Source: Candidatus Bathyarchaeia archaeon (GTDB taxonomy: Archaea; Thermoproteota; Bathyarchaeia; Bathyarchaeales; Bathycorpusculaceae). Taken from it: a stretch of DNA of 64,000 nucleotides. Below are positions 39,598 through 49,801 of the stretch, in pieces. Position 1 is the stretch's first letter, and each line of letters begins with the position of its first letter. Made by a program: the position numbers and the translations under genes. The notes under the pieces are model-generated. The model made no database searches and had not been told where the DNA came from. It saw only the letters and a list, made by a program, of their open reading frames with translations. The stretch lies in assembly GCA_049516875.1 (NCBI GenBank), contig JBEKSS010000001.1, forward strand, positions 256,001 to 320,000. The letters run 5' to 3'.

Positions 39598-40095
39598 ATG
39601 TCAATGGCCAAACCCAACATCGAAGCAAGGGACAAAATCCTAGCCAGGCTCAGCGGGAAAGAACTCGTGAACTGCTTCCAGTGTATAAAATGCACGAGCG
39701 GCTGCACCGCTCTGAAGCTTCTGGAACTGAAGCCGCATGAAATAATAAAACTCGTGAACCTGGGTTTCGTGGACGAACTGCCCTCTTCGGACATAATCTG
39801 GACGTGCGTAACCTGCCTGAAATGCGTGCAGAGATGCCCCCAGAAAGCCTCGCCTTACCACGTGATAATAGCTCTGAGAAACCTTGCCGTCGAAAAAGAA
39901 GCAAAGGTGCCCGAGGGATACTTGAAGGCCGTTTCACAAATCTTGGAAACCGGACAGGTGGAAACATACCAGAAAATCGTGACTAGAAAGATGGAAACTG
40001 TTGATCGTGAATGCCTGAAACTGCCCAAGATTAACCCTCCGAAAGAAAGCTTTCAGGCTGTCTTCATGAAAGCCATGGAGGAAAAAAAAGCTTGA
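39598..40095 (+). CDS. hdrC: Heterodisulfide reductase subunit C
   Basis: CFQCIKCTSGC and CVTCLKCVQRCP. Confidence 0.88.
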   Translation: MSMAKPNIEARDKILARLSGKELVNCFQCIKCTSGCTALKLLELKPHEIIKLVNLGFVDELPSSDIIWTCVTCLKCVQRCPQKASPYHVIIALRNLAVEKEAKVPEGYLKAVSQILETGQVETYQKIVTRKMETVDRECLKLPKINPPKESFQAVFMKAMEEKKA

Positions 40096-40967
40096 AGACG
40101 GCGGTTTTCTGGGGTTGCTGCATACTAACAAGCCAGTACGCCTATGAAATGTCCCTCCGCCAAGTTCTACCCAAGTTCGACATCGACCTTGTTGACCTCC
40201 GTGAATCCACCTGCTGCGGTGACCCCATAAAAAGCGTCAACGACTTCACAGCCAACTATCTTGCAGCGAGGGCTCTATCTCTCGCAAACTTGACAGGCTT
40301 GGAAGACCTCCTCGTCCCATGCAACCGCTGCCACTTCACAATCTCTGAAGCAAAGAAAACAATACAAGACAACATTAATATACGCCAAAAAATCGTGGGC
40401 TTGCTGAAGGAAGAAGGTTTGGAGTACAACTCGAACATCAAGATTTGGCACACAATTGATCTTTTGCACGACTATGTTGGACTCGAAAGAATCAGGAAAG
40501 CAGTGACCAAACCGCTCAAAGGCTTGAAAGTCGCGAGCCATATCGGCTGTCAGATCATCCGTTACAGCGACTTGGGAAGGGTTGACGATGCTGAAAACCC
40601 GAAGAAACTTGACGAGCTAATATGTGCCTTGGGTGCAGAAGTTGTGGACTACCCTGAGAAACTGGACTGTTGCGGTGCAGCGCTGACGCGTAGCCATCCT
40701 GACTCCGCGCTCTCACTGGCGGGATCCAAGCTTAAGGCGATTCAGAATTTGCCAGCAAACGGCTTGGTTGTCTCCTGTCCAGATTGTCAATTGATGTTCG
40801 ATGCGAAGCAGAGAGACGCAGGGACAACGGTCGGAGCCAAACTTAACGTTCCAGTGGTTTACTACACACAACTGCTCGGGTTGGCTCTAGGCATCGAGGA
40901 AAAGAAGCTTGGCCTGGATTTGAATCAAAGCCCCGTTGACCAACTTCTGAACAAAATTTCTGTCTAG
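40092..40967 (+). CDS. hdrB: Heterodisulfide reductase subunit B
   Basis: Two CCG domains (GC..CCG..CNRC; HIGC..CCG..CPDC), PVVYYTQLLGLALG. Confidence 0.92.
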   Translation: MKTAVFWGCCILTSQYAYEMSLRQVLPKFDIDLVDLRESTCCGDPIKSVNDFTANYLAARALSLANLTGLEDLLVPCNRCHFTISEAKKTIQDNINIRQKIVGLLKEEGLEYNSNIKIWHTIDLLHDYVGLERIRKAVTKPLKGLKVASHIGCQIIRYSDLGRVDDAENPKKLDELICALGAEVVDYPEKLDCCGAALTRSHPDSALSLAGSKLKAIQNLPANGLVVSCPDCQLMFDAKQRDAGTTVGAKLNVPVVYYTQLLGLALGIEEKKLGLDLNQSPVDQLLNKISV

Positions 40968-41028
40968 ACGCCCAAACAACTTTTATTCCAGTAATTCTAA
41001 ACTCTGTTTCTGAAAAAGGTGAAAAAGG

Positions 41029-42246
41029 ATGGTAGATTTCAGTTTCACAGAGGAACAGGAGCTTTTCCGCAAGGCTGTACGACAATGGTGCGAAAAAAAC
41101 TTGCCTCTGGAAAAAATCAGGGAAATGGACACTCAAGGCTGGATTCCGCAGGAATTACTCAGAAGCATGGGCGAAATGGGACTGCTTATAATGACTGCAC
41201 CGGAGGAACACGGTGGAACCGGTGCAGACTGGGTTACAGCATGCGTTGCAGCAGAAGAACTCGGCTACGCGGATGTAAGCATCGCTCTGCCGGTGCTCTG
41301 GCTTGTAGAATCATCATGGGGCTACGTGGTCGACAGACACTGCAGTGAAACGGTACGCGAAGCAGTCATCCGCAAGGCCATCAAAGGCGACGCCTTCATC
41401 GGCATAGGATCCACAGAAGCAGCCGGAGGCTCAGATGTCGCTGGATTTAAGTCCACAGCAAGAAGGCAGGAAAACGAGTGGATTCTCAACGGCGAGAAAA
41501 CTTACATCAGCGGCACTGAAGAAGCCAAGAAGCTGGGAGGAGGCTACTTCGTAGTTGCACGAAGTTCACCTGCCCCTCCAGAAGCTTCACACCGTGGAAT
41601 GACAGGCTTCTACGTTCCTATGAACGCGCCGGGAGTTGAAATCAATAAGCGTTACGAAGACATGGGGAGGATGGCAATTTCAACCGGCGGCTTCTTGATG
41701 AAAAACGTCAAGGTTCCAGACTCCTACCGCTTAGGAGAAGTGGACAAGGGTTTCTACTTGACGATGGAAGGATTCGACACTGCGCGCATACTGATATCAG
41801 CCGTGTGCATTGGAGCAGCAAGGCGTGCCCTAGACATTGGAATGGAATACGTAAAAGAACGGAAAGCCTTCGGAAGGCCGATCGGTAAATTCCAAGGCAT
41901 ACAGTTTGAAATGGTAGACGATTGGACGCATCTGGAAGCTTTGCGGTCATTGACTTTCCGCACTGCTTGGATGATGGACATGCGCTACAAAGAGAACAAG
42001 TTCACACCACTCGAAGTGACCAAGATGATCGCCGCCTGCAAACTCCTTGCGCCACACTTGGCGTTTGACATTTACAAACACGCGATGATTTGGCTTGGTG
42101 CATATGGCTACACAAAAGAATGCCCGTTAGAGATGGGGTTGCGAGGCATAATGTCCTACTGCGTGGGCGCTGAGGGAGCAACCAACATTCAAAGAACAGT
42201 CATAGCGAGAGAGCTGCTGGGAAAGGACTTCATAGCCTACAAGTAG
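41029..42246 (+). CDS. Acyl-CoA dehydrogenase
   Basis: F.FTEEQ, TEAAGGSD, LNGEKTYIS, R.AFGRPIGKFQ, GAYGY, EGATNIQR. Confidence 0.93.
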   Translation: MVDFSFTEEQELFRKAVRQWCEKNLPLEKIREMDTQGWIPQELLRSMGEMGLLIMTAPEEHGGTGADWVTACVAAEELGYADVSIALPVLWLVESSWGYVVDRHCSETVREAVIRKAIKGDAFIGIGSTEAAGGSDVAGFKSTARRQENEWILNGEKTYISGTEEAKKLGGGYFVVARSSPAPPEASHRGMTGFYVPMNAPGVEINKRYEDMGRMAISTGGFLMKNVKVPDSYRLGEVDKGFYLTMEGFDTARILISAVCIGAARRALDIGMEYVKERKAFGRPIGKFQGIQFEMVDDWTHLEALRSLTFRTAWMMDMRYKENKFTPLEVTKMIAACKLLAPHLAFDIYKHAMIWLGAYGYTKECPLEMGLRGIMSYCVGAEGATNIQRTVIARELLGKDFIAYK

Positions 42247-42290
42247 GCCAACTTCCCGCCTTCTTTGTTTCTATTTAAAGCAAGAGAGGA

Positions 42291-43265
42291 TTATTGGAGC
42301 TGTCTTCTTAGGGCTTCTCTCAGAGCCGGCAGAACTTCGTACAGGTTGCCGACAACTCCGTAGTCCGCTATTTCGAATATCGGTGCCTCAGGATCTTTGT
42401 TGATGGCCACTATCACTTTAGAGTCGCGAATTCCAGCCACGTGCTGTATCACTCCGGAGATGCCGCAGGCTATGTAGAGCTTGGGTTTGACCTTGTGCCC
42501 TGAGAGCCCGATCCATTCTGAAAACCATTTCCTGTCTTCGACTAAGGGTCTTGAGCAGCCAACTTGGCCTCCGAGAACCTCGGCAAGCCCCTGCAACAAT
42601 GCCATATCGTCCTTCTTCTCCAGACCTCTTCCACAGCAGACCAGATACTCGGCTTCTTCGACTTTCACACTGGAGGTTTCAAGCGGTTTTGTTTCAACAA
42701 CCTCAACCTTCGGAACCTCGATCTTTGCATCCAACTTCACAACTTCCCCGTTTCGCTCTTGAGGGTCTGGCTTTTCAAATGCTCTTGCAGGCACAGTCAC
42801 TATCTGCGGCTTCGACTTGAAAGTCACTCTTGCTACGGCGTTTCCGCCGTAGGTTATTCTATCACCGATCAACCTTCTGCCGTCGTCAACGCTCAGCCTG
42901 ATGCAGTCGGGAACGCATCCAGCGTCAAGACGCGTCGCAAGTCTGGCGGCGAGAGGTTTCCCGTCTCTGGTGGATCCAACCATCAAGATTTCGGGGCGAT
43001 GACTTGCTACCAGATTGTGCAAAACACTCAGGTAGGGTTCAGCTTGAAAACGCTCCAAAGCAGGGTTGTCTACCAGATAAACCTTATCTGCCCCGTACTT
43101 TATCAGGTCGTTTGCTTTCTCCTGCACGTTGTTTCCAAGCAGAACGGCAGCAACCTCCTGCTGCAACTTGTTCGCAAGCTCTCTGGCTTTTCCGAGCATT
43201 TCAAGCGTCAAGTCGTAAGCTTCTGAAAAGACCCAGATCCCCCTGTATTCGCTCATGCTGCTCAC
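42291..43265 (-). CDS. etfA: Electron transfer flavoprotein alpha subunit
   Basis: GRG, GCSRP, GLSG..VKPKLYIACGISG.IQH, AINKD. Confidence 0.95.
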   Translation of the reverse strand: MSSMSEYRGIWVFSEAYDLTLEMLGKARELANKLQQEVAAVLLGNNVQEKANDLIKYGADKVYLVDNPALERFQAEPYLSVLHNLVASHRPEILMVGSTRDGKPLAARLATRLDAGCVPDCIRLSVDDGRRLIGDRITYGGNAVARVTFKSKPQIVTVPARAFEKPDPQERNGEVVKLDAKIEVPKVEVVETKPLETSSVKVEEAEYLVCCGRGLEKKDDMALLQGLAEVLGGQVGCSRPLVEDRKWFSEWIGLSGHKVKPKLYIACGISGVIQHVAGIRDSKVIVAINKDPEAPIFEIADYGVVGNLYEVLPALREALRRQLQ

Positions 43266-44050
43266 CTTCCAACCACTCCTTCCTGAATCAACGCCTTAGC
43301 GAGTTTTTCCACAATTTCCTGCACTGTTTCACCTTTGATTATGATTTTCTTCCTCTCCATCCTGGGAGCCAGGACCTCCAGCACCTCAATCTTCGACGTT
43401 ATTTTTTCCTTCTGCACGCCAATGTCTGCCAATGTCCAATTGACTATTTCCTTTTTCGAAGCCTTCATGATCATCATAAGAGAAGGAATTCTCGGCTGAT
43501 TTATCTCCCTAGTGACCGTTACAACGGCAGGCATTTTCGCCCTAACAGTCTCGCTCGCATCTTCAAGCGCCCTCTCCGCAATGACGCCGTCGCCTTCCAC
43601 CGAAAGCTTTCTAACAGAAGTTATCTGGGGCAGACCTAGAAGTTCTGACAATCTTGAACCTACAAGTCCAGAAAAACTATCCAGAGAAGTTTCGCCGCCG
43701 AGAATCAGATCAAACTCCCCCATCTTCCTCACCGCCTGAGCCAGAATGTAAGCCGTGCCTAGCGTGTCTACAGCCTCAACGACAGGATCATTAACAAAGT
43801 AAGCCTTGTCGGCACCCATTGCAAGGGCTTCCCGCAAAACCGCTTTGGCATCCTCTGAGCCGACAGTCAGAGTAAATATCTCAATCCCGCCGAGTTTCTC
43901 CTTGATCTTTATCGCCTCCTCTAAGGCGTTTTTGTCAAAGTCGCTGATTTTTCTAGGGGCGCCAGCGGTGATCAACTGTCTGGTCGCAGGGTCGACTTTC
44001 AATTGTGAAACATCAACCGCTTGTTTTAGGCAGACAATTATGCGTTTCAA
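43262..44050 (-). CDS. etfB: Electron transfer flavoprotein beta subunit
   Basis: IVCLKQAVD, DKNALEEA, ALAMGAD, NQPRIPS. Confidence 0.95.
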   Translation of the reverse strand: MKRIIVCLKQAVDVSQLKVDPATRQLITAGAPRKISDFDKNALEEAIKIKEKLGGIEIFTLTVGSEDAKAVLREALAMGADKAYFVNDPVVEAVDTLGTAYILAQAVRKMGEFDLILGGETSLDSFSGLVGSRLSELLGLPQITSVRKLSVEGDGVIAERALEDASETVRAKMPAVVTVTREINQPRIPSLMMIMKASKKEIVNWTLADIGVQKEKITSKIEVLEVLAPRMERKKIIIKGETVQEIVEKLAKALIQEGVVGR

Positions 44051-44404
44051 ACAATTCTACCTCTAGCAGTTAGCCTGAATCAGAAAACTAGAAACTTGAC
44101 ACTTGCAATAAAAAAGTTTCGCCTCAGCGCGCGCGATGACAGATAGGGTCCTACATAGAAATAGTATTGAAGAAAGAAGGCCAATTTCTAGGCGATGGAG
44201 TGCAAGCCTTCCGCTGTGTTAACTTATCACATTGAACTCCACAGAGAAAAGAAAGCGTACACTGCCAAATCGCTAAGGATAGCAATCCTAAAATTGCCCC
44301 ATCCTCTTTAATGTATAAAATTGGCTTTAAGGAGAAGGAAAAATCTAAGATGTCCTTATCCTAACCCGGAATCTACAGAGGTCTCAAGACGGAGTTTGAA
44401 CCTA

Positions 44405-45598
44405 ATGAGTGTGCGCCTAGGCGTGACCGACCGTGCCGCCGTCGCGTCCCTAATCTTGGAAAGAATAGTCTATGCAGTGAACTGGTATAACCTCGCCGCG
44501 GTGTTCTCCTTCGCGGCATCCGAACTGAATCAGAACGTTTCTGGTCTGGGATTCGTCACCGCAACGTTCTACCTCGGTATTGGAATTTTTCAGGTGCCAG
44601 GCGGAATCCTCGTAGCGAAGATAGGTCCACGACTGACCGCGATATACGGTACAACCATTGCTTCCCTAGCTGTGCTGCTGACTGGCTTCGCAAGCAATCT
44701 GGTTGAGATAGCGGTATTGCGATTTCTTGTCGGGTTGGGCATGGCCTTCGTGTTTGCTCCAGGTGTTATCCTGATTACTAGGTTTCTGCAAAAGGGTTCG
44801 GAGGGATTAGGCGTCGGTCTCTACAATTCAGCCTTCTATCTTGGGAGTGCCATCGGGCTGTCGGGATGGTCCGTACTTGCGGGCGCGGTCGGATGGAGGA
44901 ATAGTTTGGTCACTAGCGGAGCACTTGGCTTATTAACGTCAGTCTTGCTATTGGTTTCAATTCCGAAGGACAGTCGGCGCTCCGGCTTCAGAGTGGATCT
45001 TCCTCATGTGAAGGTCGTTCTTTTTAACAAATGGCTGATCGCAATATCCGTAGCAATGCTGGGCCTTGGGGTAGGTAATACCGTTGTTGGCAACTTCATG
45101 GCTTATTACGTTGAAAACGCGATCCACGTGGGTGTTGGAGCAGCTGGAACAATCGCATCACTAGCCTCACTCTCTGCGCTCGTAGCGGCTCCATTCATGG
45201 GCAGGTTATTTGACAGGTCTGGCAATGCGAAGCAGCTGCTCTTCGCATCAGGTATCCTGATGGCATTCGGGGTAGGAATAGCATTCTTCGGTACGATATA
45301 TTCGGCAATCTTGTCAGGGATCCTCGTTGGCTTAGCGGCCGGAGCCGGGTTCACTTTCGGATTCTCTGCTGCGAGGGCGGCAAACAATATCGATCCGGAA
45401 TACGAAACGCTGGCTGTGAGCTGGGTGAACAGTATCTCTTTGTTTGGTGATTCTGTCCCTCCGTTGCTCTTTTCATTCTTGGTGATACAGTACGGATACC
45501 CGCCTGCGTGGCTGTGCTTAACAGTGCTTACCTTCGTGCTGATGATTCCGGTACTCTTCGCGAAGGTTTCAAAGCGTAAACAGGTTGGCGATTACTGA
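44405..45598 (+). CDS. MFS transporter
   Basis: About 12 TMs; QVPGG..KIGPR; GRLFDRSG. Confidence 0.88.
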   Translation: MSVRLGVTDRAAVASLILERIVYAVNWYNLAAVFSFAASELNQNVSGLGFVTATFYLGIGIFQVPGGILVAKIGPRLTAIYGTTIASLAVLLTGFASNLVEIAVLRFLVGLGMAFVFAPGVILITRFLQKGSEGLGVGLYNSAFYLGSAIGLSGWSVLAGAVGWRNSLVTSGALGLLTSVLLLVSIPKDSRRSGFRVDLPHVKVVLFNKWLIAISVAMLGLGVGNTVVGNFMAYYVENAIHVGVGAAGTIASLASLSALVAAPFMGRLFDRSGNAKQLLFASGILMAFGVGIAFFGTIYSAILSGILVGLAAGAGFTFGFSAARAANNIDPEYETLAVSWVNSISLFGDSVPPLLFSFLVIQYGYPPAWLCLTVLTFVLMIPVLFAKVSKRKQVGDY

Positions 45599-45988
45599 AG
45601 AAAGAATGGTTTGTATTTGGTTGATATTTTTTGCAGCGCGCGCAACAACTTTTCACGGGTTAGCGCACGCTCTCAGTAAGGGCTATCTGTTGTCGCACTA
45701 CGTCTAGTCTGTAGTGATTAGCGGATCAGAAATGTATTTGACTCCAGAAACGCAAAGGCGAAAATGAATGGAGAAGCTACATTGAAACTTGTGATTAAAG
45801 TAGCTGTTACCACTAGTGCGACAGCGCCTTATGCATCCCTGAGAAGAAGCGCGCGATTATTATGAATCTATGGCTAGACTGGACAAGATGACAATTCGCC
45901 GAAGAGCTTCTGTGGCGTATGAATTAATTAGCGCGCGTCAACCTTAAATACTTAATGTTCAGATGTGTAGGCTGTGAGTGAAGGGAAA

Positions 45989-47035
45989 ATGGTTGAACTC
46001 TACGAGTATGAGATAGCAAAGGCGGCTAACATCTTAGCTACCCAACTATTCAATCTAAAAACTGGCGAAACGATTATCATAACTGCCGACACAGAGTCTG
46101 ACTCAAGAGTAGTAAACGCTGCAGCTGCGGCTGCGTTCGCAGCAGGGGCGAAACCCATGGTGATATGGCTTGCATCACCCCTTGAGTTTTCGAAAGGCGC
46201 TGATCCCATGCTGCCCATCGAAGCATTGACTGCTGCCTTGAAGGAGACTGACGCTTGGCTGGAATTCAACAGCAAGGGTTTGCTCTACTCAACACCTTAT
46301 GAGATAGCGGAAAGGGAAAACAAGAAGCTAAGATACCTCTGCCTCGACGGAATGGATGTCGATATGATGGTCAGGTGTCTGGGAAGAGTCGACTATCCCG
46401 CACTAAAGATGTTTGAAACCAAGCTTCGCGCTATGACCAAAGCAGCAAAGCACATGAAAATCACCACACCAGCAGGTACAGATGTGGAGTTCGATAACAA
46501 CTCCAAAAACCCGATGACTCTTGCCCTAGGATACGCAGACACTCCCGGATCACATATGCTAGGCGGACAGATTGGTTGGGCTCCAGAGTTTGATTCTATA
46601 AATGGCGATATAGTGTTTGATGGATTTCTGATGCCAGTGGCTCTGCTTAAAGAACCGGTCAAGATTGGAGTTAAGAAAGGTAAGATAGTGAATATTGAGG
46701 GTGGCAGAGAAGCCACAGAATTTGAAGCATGGCTCAGGAGCTGGAAAGATCCAAGGATGTTTAAGATGGCGCATGTATGTTATGGTTGCAATCCCGGTGC
46801 CAAGCTAACCCCAAGCGTTCTGGAGATGGAGAGAATCTGGGGTGCTACCGAGTGGGGAATCGGCTATGTAGGTCCTATGCTCACGGCTGATGGAAAACCC
46901 ATTGACGCCCCCTGCCACTCTGACGGTTTGTGCCAGAATTCCTCAGTGTGGCTAGACAACAAACAGATAATGGACAAAGGCAAGATGATCCACCCAGAGT
47001 TGTCTAAACTCGCTAAGAGATTAGGAAAGGAATAG
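45989..47035 (+). CDS. Peptidase M29/NicX-fold metalloenzyme (His-type variant)
   Basis: ITTPAGTD, GQIGWAP, MAHVCYG, CHSDG. Confidence 0.8.
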   Translation: MVELYEYEIAKAANILATQLFNLKTGETIIITADTESDSRVVNAAAAAAFAAGAKPMVIWLASPLEFSKGADPMLPIEALTAALKETDAWLEFNSKGLLYSTPYEIAERENKKLRYLCLDGMDVDMMVRCLGRVDYPALKMFETKLRAMTKAAKHMKITTPAGTDVEFDNNSKNPMTLALGYADTPGSHMLGGQIGWAPEFDSINGDIVFDGFLMPVALLKEPVKIGVKKGKIVNIEGGREATEFEAWLRSWKDPRMFKMAHVCYGCNPGAKLTPSVLEMERIWGATEWGIGYVGPMLTADGKPIDAPCHSDGLCQNSSVWLDNKQIMDKGKMIHPELSKLAKRLGKE

Positions 47036-47536
47036 AACCCATAGTTCCGCTATTTCTTAGAAAATGTAAAGGGTTTGGCTTTAGCCGCCAATTCGCCTTA
47101 GCGCGCGCTGCCCAGAAGCGTGGATCGATCGACATGCAGCAAGACGTTCGATTGAGAATATTTCCCGTGAAGTACATCACCCCTCTCACTTTGCCATCGA
47201 GGCGGGATATCTGGAAAAATAAATCGAGGTTGCCCAATGCTTAACTATGACGTACGGTCTTCCTAAGGATAGACCGCCCGCGGCTCCGGCAAATGAAATG
47301 GGGGAACAATCGCCTCCTATTAGGGTTGTTACCCTCACTGAGACAGCCAAGTTTGCTACAATCTGTTCTCCAGTTTCTACCTTTTCTGTTGTTATAGAGC
47401 CATTTCAAACGACTTTTTGAATCCTTCTAGATATCTTGCCCATCTTCCTTTGAACCTCTAGGTACCCAATGGCATGAATAAGGTTTGCACGTTTCAAAAG
47501 TGCCTTCCAGAAAAGAAGGAGGGAGAACGTCGTGTT

Positions 47537-48598
47537 CTACTTGCACTTCGGATGTACAATCTTCCCTTCCTTAACAATCAATTCGTCATCAAGGTAGAAG
47601 TCATGATTCAGGAGATCGACATCGCAATGGGATGGTGCTCTATTCTTTCCACCTATGCCGCTATGCCTTGCGAGAGTGTCGAAGAAATTAGAACCAAAGG
47701 CAATCTGCATGACGCCTGGGTAGCTTTCTGCGTCAGCAACAGAGAAGAATGGAGATTCTAGCCATACAGCACCCTCAACATGGGTTCCCCAACCGATATG
47801 GGAGACTCCATACGATCTTTCGTCTCCGCGCGTTGCTAACCATTTCTCAAAAATCTTTGCTGTGGAACCCCCCTCGATCTTTGTTATGGATCCATTCTTT
47901 AATGTGCACTTGACAGGTTCTGTCACTATTCTTCCTATTCCAAGAATGTAGTCTCCTGTATCGAAGACGAGTGTTCCGTTCGCGCTATCTTCTAGTGGTG
48001 CGCATATCACGAGACCAAAGCCATAGTTGTCCCAGCTACCTCGTTCACTCGCCACTCCTTTCTGACAGGCCCCTTTCCTCCCTTTTTTATTTAGCACGAG
48101 GTCTGTACCGGCTCCTGACGTGATTCGAATCTTTTCTGCTTTCTCCATCATTTCAGCGCCTGCAAGCGATCTTCTGATCAATGCATCGGTAGGATACAGT
48201 CTGCGCAAGTTTGCTTCAGGGATTCTGAGCATCACATCCAGAATGCGTGCTCCTGATTTGAGCCAGTTGACAAAGTAGTCAGAATACATGTCCACGCGGG
48301 GCACTGGAGCTTCATAAAGGTGGCCTGGTACCGGTTCAGGATATACGGTAATTATCATGTCTGCCATCTTAAGGCTCTCCGCGGCAAATGGACCAACTGG
48401 CGAAATGGCTTTGCCCTCTTTTATCCGCGGCGGGAGTATGACCCTTAGAGAGTCGGCGTTGAAATTCACTAAGGCTATCATGAAAGCATTGACGACACTT
48501 TCAGGAAACATGTGGGTGGAGACTATTGCCACCTTCTCGCCTTCTTCAACTCGACAAGACTTCAGCAATCCTTCAACTAGTTTTGGCATATCTATCAT
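47537..48598 (-). CDS. NicX-like (2,5-dihydroxypyridine dioxygenase-fold) metalloenzyme
   Basis: TSGAGTDL, GSWD, SHIGWG, AFGSN, SHCD. Confidence 0.75.
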   Translation of the reverse strand: MIDMPKLVEGLLKSCRVEEGEKVAIVSTHMFPESVVNAFMIALVNFNADSLRVILPPRIKEGKAISPVGPFAAESLKMADMIITVYPEPVPGHLYEAPVPRVDMYSDYFVNWLKSGARILDVMLRIPEANLRRLYPTDALIRRSLAGAEMMEKAEKIRITSGAGTDLVLNKKGRKGACQKGVASERGSWDNYGFGLVICAPLEDSANGTLVFDTGDYILGIGRIVTEPVKCTLKNGSITKIEGGSTAKIFEKWLATRGDERSYGVSHIGWGTHVEGAVWLESPFFSVADAESYPGVMQIAFGSNFFDTLARHSGIGGKNRAPSHCDVDLLNHDFYLDDELIVKEGKIVHPKCK

Positions 48599-48823
48599 TT
48601 TCATCACCTTAGAAAGCATTAGTGTGTATGGTGAAGAATGTGTATAAAAAGATTGTGATTAGTGGTTCTGTGTAGTCTTCGTCGGATTTGAGCTCATGTG
48701 AAAATTCGTCGGGTGATTTCTAATAGGCGCTTTAATGCGCGCGCATGGTAAGCGTGTTCTGAATTAAACAGCCATGTAGAATCGTTTACACCCAGATATT
48801 CGTTGCGCATTCGTGGGCTGTTT

Positions 48824-49795
48824 TTACTTCACAAAAAGCCAGCATGCGACATAGTGTTCGGATTCTGTCATCACAGATTTTGGTTCCTTGGTCTTGCAGA
48901 TGCCCATTACGAATGGACACCTAGTATGAAAAGAGCAACCTGGTGGAGGATTTATTGAGCTTGGAATCTCTCCTGTTGACTTCACTTCTTTCGGCTTCAA
49001 CGCTTCTTCTTCTTCAGTGAGTACTGGTGCTGAAGAGAGCAACATCCTAGTGTAAGGATGTTGCGAGTTTTGAAAGAAAACATGAGTCGGAGCATGTTCA
49101 AAGATCTTGCCAAGATACATTACTGCAACTCTTGATGCGACATTCCGCATCAGACTGAGATCGTGGGTTATGAACAAGTATGACATATTCAGCTCTCTCT
49201 GCAGCTTGACTAGGACTTTCAGTATCTTTGCCTGAATCGAAACATCCAACGCTGAGGTGGGCTCATCAAGCACTATAAAAGATGGTTTTGTGGCGATGGC
49301 TCTTGCAATAGCAACTGCTTGTCTCTCGCCTCCACCGAGGTCTCTCGGTCGCCTTAGCACAAAGTCTTGTGGGGGTAACTCCACAGTATCAAGCAATTCC
49401 TCAACTCTCGTACGTTCCTCTTCCTTGCTATTGCATATTTTGTGCGTTCTCAGAGGCAATGCGACTATGTCCGCGACAGATTTTGTAGGATTTAGCGAAG
49501 AGGCCGGGTCTTGAAAGACTATTTGCATTTCCCTCTTCAACTCTTTAGAGCGTTTCCTGGCAGGCATCGATATGTCTTTTCCATTGAATTCTATTTTGCC
49601 CGATGTTGGTTTGTAAATCCCTACCACCATGAAGCCGATTGTACTTTTCCCTGAACCAGACTCGCCTACTAAGCCAAATATCTCACCGCGTCTTACTTGG
49701 AAGTTTGCTGATTCGACCGCCTTGACAACGCCAAAAGATGTTGAAAAACGTTTCACTAAGTCTTCGACTATTAATATGTTGTCGTCCTGGTTCGT
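48824..49795 (-). CDS. Oligopeptide/dipeptide ABC transporter ATPase (DppF/OppF); apparent ACG start
   Basis: GESGSGKS, LGGGERQ, LDEPTS, C-terminal GCSFHTRC..VAC. Confidence 0.88.
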   Translation of the reverse strand, partial: TNQDDNILIVEDLVKRFSTSFGVVKAVESANFQVRRGEIFGLVGESGSGKSTIGFMVVGIYKPTSGKIEFNGKDISMPARKRSKELKREMQIVFQDPASSLNPTKSVADIVALPLRTHKICNSKEEERTRVEELLDTVELPPQDFVLRRPRDLGGGERQAVAIARAIATKPSFIVLDEPTSALDVSIQAKILKVLVKLQRELNMSYLFITHDLSLMRNVASRVAVMYLGKIFEHAPTHVFFQNSQHPYTRMLLSSAPVLTEEEEALKPKEVKSTGEIPSSINPPPGCSFHTRCPFVMGICKTKEPKSVMTESEHYVACWLFVK

Positions 49796-49801
49796 GTTGT
49801 G

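Noticed and set aside
45763-45855. Possible enzyme N-terminal remnant (KLVIKVAVT) ending at GCGCGCG
   Set aside because: Too short for a reliable family assignment.
47110-47480. Possible gene remnant between the two convergent M29-like genes
   Set aside because: No frame gave a recognisable motif.
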